Shown here: piece after piece, positions 58,835 to 64,000 of the stretch
Numbering within the stretch: the stretch's first letter is position 1
Layout of the letters: the number at the start of each line of letters is the position of its first letter
From: Candidatus Zhuqueibacterota bacterium
Lineage (GTDB): Bacteria; Zhuqueibacterota; Zhuqueibacteria; Thermofontimicrobiales; Thermofontimicrobiaceae
Reading direction: 5' to 3'
Assembly (NCBI GenBank): GCA_049322915.1
Contig: JBMOPW010000014.1
Coordinates: 192,001 to 256,000, forward strand
DNA: 64,000 nucleotides
Program-made: the position numbers and the translations under genes
Notes under the pieces: model-generated
Databases searched by the model: none
Told to the model about the DNA's origin: nothing
What the model saw: the letters and a program-made list of their open reading frames with translations, nothing else

Positions 58835-59973
58835 GTCAATGGAACATACCGCTATTTGATAGCGACATCGGAGACGAGGAAATTCAGGAGGTCACCCGGG
58901 TGCTGGCGTCGAAGTGGCTGACAATGGGTGAAATGACGAAAAAATTTGAGCAGCAATTCAGCGAGTTCATCGGAAGTAAATATGCATTTGCTGTCTCCAA
59001 TGGGACGACTGCCCTGCATCTGGCGAATATCGCGGCAGGCATTGGTCCCGGCGATGAGGTGATTCTCCCATCGTTGACATTTGTGGCGACTGCGAACTCC
59101 GTGCTTTACACCGGCGCGAAACCTGTTTTCGCTGACATTACAAGCGACACTGATTTGAATATATCGCCGGAAGACATCGGGAAAAAAATAACGCCGCGAA
59201 CCAAAGCCATTCTTGTGGTTCATTATGGCGGTTATCCCTGCGATATGGAACGCATCCTGGCCATTGCGAAGCAGCATAATGTGCTGGTTCTGGAAGATGT
59301 GGCTCATGCGCCGGGCGCCGGCATTGGCGCTATGAAGTGCGGCACCTTCGGCCTTTGCGGCAGCTTCAGCTTTTTTTCCAATAAAAATCTCGCGACCGGC
59401 GAGGGCGGTATGCTGACTACTGACGACGATAAAATCGCTGATAAGCTGCGGCTCATTCGCTCTCACGGCATGACCACGCTGACGTTAGATCGATTCAAAG
59501 GCCATGCCTATACCTATGATGTCGTCGACCTGGGCTATAATTACCGTACGTCGGAAATAAACGCAGCCATTGGCATTGTGCAGTTGAACAAGTTGCCTGA
59601 GAAAAATCGAAAGCGGGCGGCGCTGGTTCAGACGTATAATTCGCTGTTGCAGAATGTCGAGGGGGTGACTGTCCCCTTTGTCAACCATGTTGGAACGTCC
59701 TCCTATCACATTTATCCCATCGTCCTGGATAAGAGGCTCAATCGGGAGAAATGCATGGAATTCCTGAAACAAGGTGGCATTCAATCGAGCATTCATTATC
59801 CGCCCATTCACACATTTTCCTATCACAAGAAACTGGTGGATAAAAATGTGCATCTGGAAAAAACAGAGGATGTTGCCGCGCGGGAAGTCACATTGCCGCT
59901 CTACCCGGCAATGACAGAGGCGGATGTGGCAGCGGTCGTTGAAAGAATCAAACAGTTTGTATCTTTAAACTAA
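58831..59973 (+). CDS. DegT/DnrJ/EryC1/StrS PLP-dependent sugar aminotransferase
   Basis: SNGTTALH, EDVAHA, SFFSNKNLATGEGG, GYNYR. Confidence 0.92.
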   Translation: MSQWNIPLFDSDIGDEEIQEVTRVLASKWLTMGEMTKKFEQQFSEFIGSKYAFAVSNGTTALHLANIAAGIGPGDEVILPSLTFVATANSVLYTGAKPVFADITSDTDLNISPEDIGKKITPRTKAILVVHYGGYPCDMERILAIAKQHNVLVLEDVAHAPGAGIGAMKCGTFGLCGSFSFFSNKNLATGEGGMLTTDDDKIADKLRLIRSHGMTTLTLDRFKGHAYTYDVVDLGYNYRTSEINAAIGIVQLNKLPEKNRKRAALVQTYNSLLQNVEGVTVPFVNHVGTSSYHIYPIVLDKRLNREKCMEFLKQGGIQSSIHYPPIHTFSYHKKLVDKNVHLEKTEDVAAREVTLPLYPAMTEADVAAVVERIKQFVSLN

Positions 59974-59985
59974 ACAGCGAGAATT

Positions 59986-61092
59986 ATGAAAATAGCGATT
60001 ATGGGAATTCGGGGCATTCCGGCGAACTACGGCGGATTCGAGACGTTCGCCGAGGAATTGTCCACGAGATTGGTAGAAAAGGGACACGACGTCACGGTGT
60101 ACGGTCGGTCGAACATCATTGATTACAAGGATAAATTCTATAAAGGCGTGAGGCTTGTCATCCTCCCCACAATCAGCCATAAATATTTCGACACAGTGGC
60201 CCACACAGCGGTATGCGTGGGGCATGCGCTTTTCCAGCACTATGACGTGATTTTGATCTGCAACAGCGCCAATAGCGTCTTCTCATTTGTGCCGCGGCTC
60301 GCCGGAATGTCGGTTGCGCTCAATGTGGATGGGCTGGAATGGCAGCGGGGCAAATGGAACGCGCTGGGTCAGTGGTTCTATCGGGTTTCAGAATGTCTGG
60401 CGACATTCCTGCCAAACCAGGTGGTAACGGATTCTATTTTCATCGAAAATTATTATTTAAAAAAATTTAAAAAGGTTTCGACATTCATCCCTTATGGCGC
60501 ACCAACGCAGCAGGAGAAAACGCGGGACGTATTGCAGAAATTCAACGTGAAGCCCGGGAGGTATATTCTCTTCGTCAGTCGGCTCGAGCCGGAGAACAAC
60601 GCGCATCGCGTGGTGAAGGCGTTCGAAAATGTCAGGACGGATTTGAACCTGGTCGTGGTTGGGGACGCGCCGTACAATTCAAAATATATTAAGAATTTGA
60701 AAAGTACGAAGGACCCGCGGATCATTTTCACCGGCTATGTGTTCGGTCAGGGCTATCGTGAGTTTCAGTCGAATGCCTATTTTTACACCCAGGCGACGGA
60801 GGTTGGAGGGACGCATCCGGCGCTGCTCGAGGCGATGGGCTTTGGCAATTGTGTGTTAGCCAACGAAGTGCCGGAACACACCGAAGTCCTGAGAGATGCT
60901 GGCTTATATTTTAAAACGAGCGACGAGGATGATCTGCGGGCAAAAATGCAATATCTGGTCGATAATCCCGGGGTTGTCGAAGTATATCGGGACAGGGCAG
61001 TGAGACGCATCGAAGAGGCCTATACCTGGGACCGGATTACCGATAGCTATGAAAATCTGTTCCTGAAAATGAACGGAAACCACAGCCATTGA
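59986..61092 (+). CDS. GT4 glycosyltransferase with a DUF1972-like N-terminus (WchF/Cps2T-like)
   Basis: RGIPANYGGFETF, NVDGLEW, RLEPENN, VGGTHPALLEAM. Confidence 0.87.
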   Translation: MKIAIMGIRGIPANYGGFETFAEELSTRLVEKGHDVTVYGRSNIIDYKDKFYKGVRLVILPTISHKYFDTVAHTAVCVGHALFQHYDVILICNSANSVFSFVPRLAGMSVALNVDGLEWQRGKWNALGQWFYRVSECLATFLPNQVVTDSIFIENYYLKKFKKVSTFIPYGAPTQQEKTRDVLQKFNVKPGRYILFVSRLEPENNAHRVVKAFENVRTDLNLVVVGDAPYNSKYIKNLKSTKDPRIIFTGYVFGQGYREFQSNAYFYTQATEVGGTHPALLEAMGFGNCVLANEVPEHTEVLRDAGLYFKTSDEDDLRAKMQYLVDNPGVVEVYRDRAVRRIEEAYTWDRITDSYENLFLKMNGNHSH

Positions 61093-61107
61093 GAAAGTCG
61101 GAGGGAA

Positions 61108-62826
61108 ATGAATTTGAAAAATGAGATTTCCAAAGGAATAACAATGAAGCGAGATTGGATCTGGCTGGCGTTGATTCTTGTCGGGGCGCTTGTGTTCCGA
61201 CTGATCCTGATGACAAAGGCCTTTGCGGTGGGATTTGATGAAGTGAATTACCTCAAACTGGCGGCAAGCGGTCATCTGCACGGATTGAATCACGTTCTTC
61301 ATACGTACTGGTCGCCGTTCTATCCTCTGGTGGTTGCTTTGTTTTCGTACATAATCCCGGATTATGAATTTGCCGGCAAATGGGCGTCGCTGTTGAGTTC
61401 GTGCCTCGTCATTGTTCCGCTATTCTTTTTCATTCGGGAACGTTATGACCGGCGCATTGCGCTGGGCACGTCTCTGCTGGTTGCATTTTTTACGTACGCC
61501 GCCAGTTTTAGTGTGTATGCGCATACAGAATTTATTTACAGCTTCGTCGCTATTGTGGGAATTATTGCCGGGTGGTATGCGCTCCAAAAAAAGAATATTG
61601 CGCTGTCGCTGGTGAGCGGAATTTCATTCAGTCTGGCCTATCTGACGCGACCCGAAGGTTTCGGATTTCTGCTCACGTTTCTGGGCGTGACCTTTGTTGT
61701 TTTTCTCGTTGAATTAATAAGACGAAAACACGTTCTGCCATATGTTTATATTGGCCTCGTGTCGTCCATCGGATTTTTTGCAGTCTCCCTGCCCTATTTG
61801 ATGTACTTGCATCGCGAGACCGACCAATGGACGCTGAGTACCAAGGGCGCGGCCAATCAGCAGGGTGAAATTTATGTGCAGAACATGGATCAATTTGCAG
61901 AGGATCCTCACAATTGCCTTTCGAAGGATAATAAAGTTCTGCTGCAGGATGATATTTATCATCTTGGCACTTTTCTGACTGCCATTAAAAATGATGAACG
62001 AGCCGAGGTCGAAATTTCCAAATCCGCTTTTCTGGCCAAAGTATTTGAAAATTATTATAAGATTCTGACTGAAGATCTGACCAAAGTGCTGACGGTTCCT
62101 TTGCTCATTCTGCTGGGCATTGGTCTGTTCGTCGATCCCTGGAACCGACAGCGCGCGTTGATTAATTTATATCTTTTGAGTTACCTGCTGTTCTTCTGGT
62201 TTGTTCTCATTCCGGCGTTCCACATCACGTTGCGATATTTTGTCCCGCTCATTCCGCTGAGCTTCATCTGGGTCGCAGCCGGCGCCGGCAAGGTAATCGA
62301 TTGGTTGTCCGGGACATTGAAAACGACGCTGGGAGAGACGAATAAGGCGTTTTCTTCGCGGAGGATGAGTGCAGCGCTGGTCATACTGGCCATTTTTGTG
62401 AGTGCGATTTTGCCGGAATTTGGCAAGCACATGAAAAAGACCGTGGATTCGACCGATGAGTGGGACCCCTGCATCGAGCAGAAAAAGGCCGGGTTGTGGC
62501 TGAAACAACAGGGCGTCCAGGAGCCGGTGATCATGGCCAAGAACCATGCTGTTTCTTTTTATGCCGGCAATTATGAAATTAAAGAGTCGGTTTCCATTCC
62601 ATACAATACTATTGACCGGGTGCTGGAATATGCCCGGTATCGCAGGGCGGACTACATTGTCTTCAATGATCGATATCGAAATTATTATCCGACACTGGGC
62701 TATTTGCTGGATCAGGAAAATATTCCGCCGCAGTTGAAACTCGTTTATTTGGATAAAGAAAATAATGGGCTTCGCACTTTAATGTATCAGATAGTTCCCG
62801 ATGAATCTGGAAAAGAGAATAACTAA
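61108..62826 (+). CDS. GT-C (ArnT/PMT-like) membrane glycosyltransferase
   Basis: First-loop FDE motif, PFYP, TEF, YLTRPEG, RYFVP; many TMs. Confidence 0.82.
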   Translation: MNLKNEISKGITMKRDWIWLALILVGALVFRLILMTKAFAVGFDEVNYLKLAASGHLHGLNHVLHTYWSPFYPLVVALFSYIIPDYEFAGKWASLLSSCLVIVPLFFFIRERYDRRIALGTSLLVAFFTYAASFSVYAHTEFIYSFVAIVGIIAGWYALQKKNIALSLVSGISFSLAYLTRPEGFGFLLTFLGVTFVVFLVELIRRKHVLPYVYIGLVSSIGFFAVSLPYLMYLHRETDQWTLSTKGAANQQGEIYVQNMDQFAEDPHNCLSKDNKVLLQDDIYHLGTFLTAIKNDERAEVEISKSAFLAKVFENYYKILTEDLTKVLTVPLLILLGIGLFVDPWNRQRALINLYLLSYLLFFWFVLIPAFHITLRYFVPLIPLSFIWVAAGAGKVIDWLSGTLKTTLGETNKAFSSRRMSAALVILAIFVSAILPEFGKHMKKTVDSTDEWDPCIEQKKAGLWLKQQGVQEPVIMAKNHAVSFYAGNYEIKESVSIPYNTIDRVLEYARYRRADYIVFNDRYRNYYPTLGYLLDQENIPPQLKLVYLDKENNGLRTLMYQIVPDESGKENN

Positions 62827-64000
62827 TAGTTTTAAGGATAAGGAACTCCTTTTTCTCAGAGCGTTCCTGTTTTTTCTGCCGTATCGCCTCGGCGTAGGAG
62901 CGGTTGAGGACAGGCGCCTGTTGTATCTCAGTGATATTTTTCTTTATCTGACGCTCCTCATGTGGTTTATGAAAACGCGGGGATTTCAACGGGGAAAGAT
63001 ATTTCTTGGCCCGACGCTCGTTCCGGCGGTATTGATGATAATCTGGGGAAGCATCAGTGTGCTATTCGCCATCTCCCAGGCGCTGGGCGCAGTAGCGGTG
63101 TTTCTGTTGATCAAGGCAGTTTTAATTTATATTTATATGATTAACCGGGTCAACACCCGGGCAAAGCTCAAACTTGTCGTTCATTATTTAATGATTGGAA
63201 TCGCGATTCAGGGAGTAATAGGAATCGCACAGCGGGCGACTGGCGGCCCATTGGGATTGGATCGGCTGGGCGAATCAATGGGAACAATGCTTTCCAATAT
63301 TGGTCGCGTTGTCGGAACCTACTACGGGCCCAACCGATACGCCGCGCACCTCATTCTGTTGATTCCAATCAGCGTCTCGCTTTTCATGTTCCTGAAAAAG
63401 CGCAACGACAAATATTTTTACGGCACCGTTTCAATGCTGTCGCTGGCCGGACTGTTCTTTTCGCTCTCACGTTCGTCGTGGGCCGGAACCATTCTCGCAT
63501 TGTTTCTCATGTTGATTGTTTTGGGAATACGCGGCAGAATTTCTCCACGCTTGCTGAAAGCGATAATGATTGTCTTCATCGCAATTCTAATTATCGGCGC
63601 GGTATTCTGGAACACCATTGAGCGCCGCTTTGAACGCGCTGAGGATGGCGATCACCGAATCACCATGATCAATATTGCGTTTCAATTGCTTCAGGATCAC
63701 TATATATTTGGAGTGGGTCTGTTCAATTACCAGTTCCACTCGTTTCACTTATTTGCATTCTGGCATCCGGTTCACAATTGCTATCTGCGACTGGCAGTTG
63801 AAACCGGCATCCCCGGATTGCTTTTCTTCCTGTGGTTTGTTTTTTACATCATTCGGGCATCCTTCCGTGGAACAAAGATCAAGGATCCTTTCCTGAGCAG
63901 TGTCTCGCTGGGATGTCTGGGGGGATTATTTGCGTTTTTAGCTGCGGTGAATTTTGGCCCCATGTACCAGCATTACAGAATGAAAGCGATTTTCTGGATC
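62801..64000 (+). CDS. O-antigen ligase / Wzy polymerase family protein (3'-truncated by window edge; absent from the ORF track)
   Basis: Manual translation from ATG 62801 (MNLEKRITNS...) is open to 64000. Motifs RVVGTYYGPN, SLSRSSW, FGVGLFNY, VHNCYLRLAVETGIPG. Confidence 0.88.
   Translation, partial: MNLEKRITNSFKDKELLFLRAFLFFLPYRLGVGAVEDRRLLYLSDIFLYLTLLMWFMKTRGFQRGKIFLGPTLVPAVLMIIWGSISVLFAISQALGAVAVFLLIKAVLIYIYMINRVNTRAKLKLVVHYLMIGIAIQGVIGIAQRATGGPLGLDRLGESMGTMLSNIGRVVGTYYGPNRYAAHLILLIPISVSLFMFLKKRNDKYFYGTVSMLSLAGLFFSLSRSSWAGTILALFLMLIVLGIRGRISPRLLKAIMIVFIAILIIGAVFWNTIERRFERAEDGDHRITMINIAFQLLQDHYIFGVGLFNYQFHSFHLFAFWHPVHNCYLRLAVETGIPGLLFFLWFVFYIIRASFRGTKIKDPFLSSVSLGCLGGLFAFLAAVNFGPMYQHYRMKAIFWI

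Noticed and set aside
1..64000. CRISPR arrays, rRNA, prophage, integrase or defence genes
   Set aside because: No regularly spaced direct repeats or corresponding protein motifs were seen.

Overview
Bacterial chromosomal window. Gene content and protein style suggest an uncultured FCB-group organism such as KSB1/Calditrichota; this is inference and was not verified. About 56 CDS lie on the + strand and none is credible on the - strand. (1) 1-21 kb: housekeeping and envelope genes (purF, ftsY, rimO, purN, purH, mreBCD-mrdA-rodA, lgt). This block includes an archaeal-style trio: a UbiA prenyltransferase, a 59-aa 2x[4Fe-4S] ferredoxin missed by the ORF track, and a geranylgeranyl reductase. (2) 21.4-27.2 kb: an unusual outer-membrane beta-barrel with a C-terminal hydrophobic anchor next to a CpoB/YbgF-like lipoprotein, a GalT-family gene plus glgA, and a STAS protein carrying a transposase-like HTH tail. 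The STAS gene follows a well-formed sigma54 promoter with two tandem enhancer-like palindromes. (3) 27.3-64 kb: a Wzx/Wzy-type surface polysaccharide locus of more than 36 kb that runs off the window. It contains wza, wzc, a priming transferase, wzx, many GT2/GT4 enzymes and an O-antigen ligase/polymerase. It also contains two AsnB-like enzymes (one without the glutaminase Cys), a GlpD-like flavoenzyme, three polyprenol-P glycosyltransferases (one without DxD), an amino-sugar pathway and two GT-C enzymes. No rRNA, tRNA, CRISPR array or intact mobile element was seen. All assignments come from motif recognition by eye; no database search was run.
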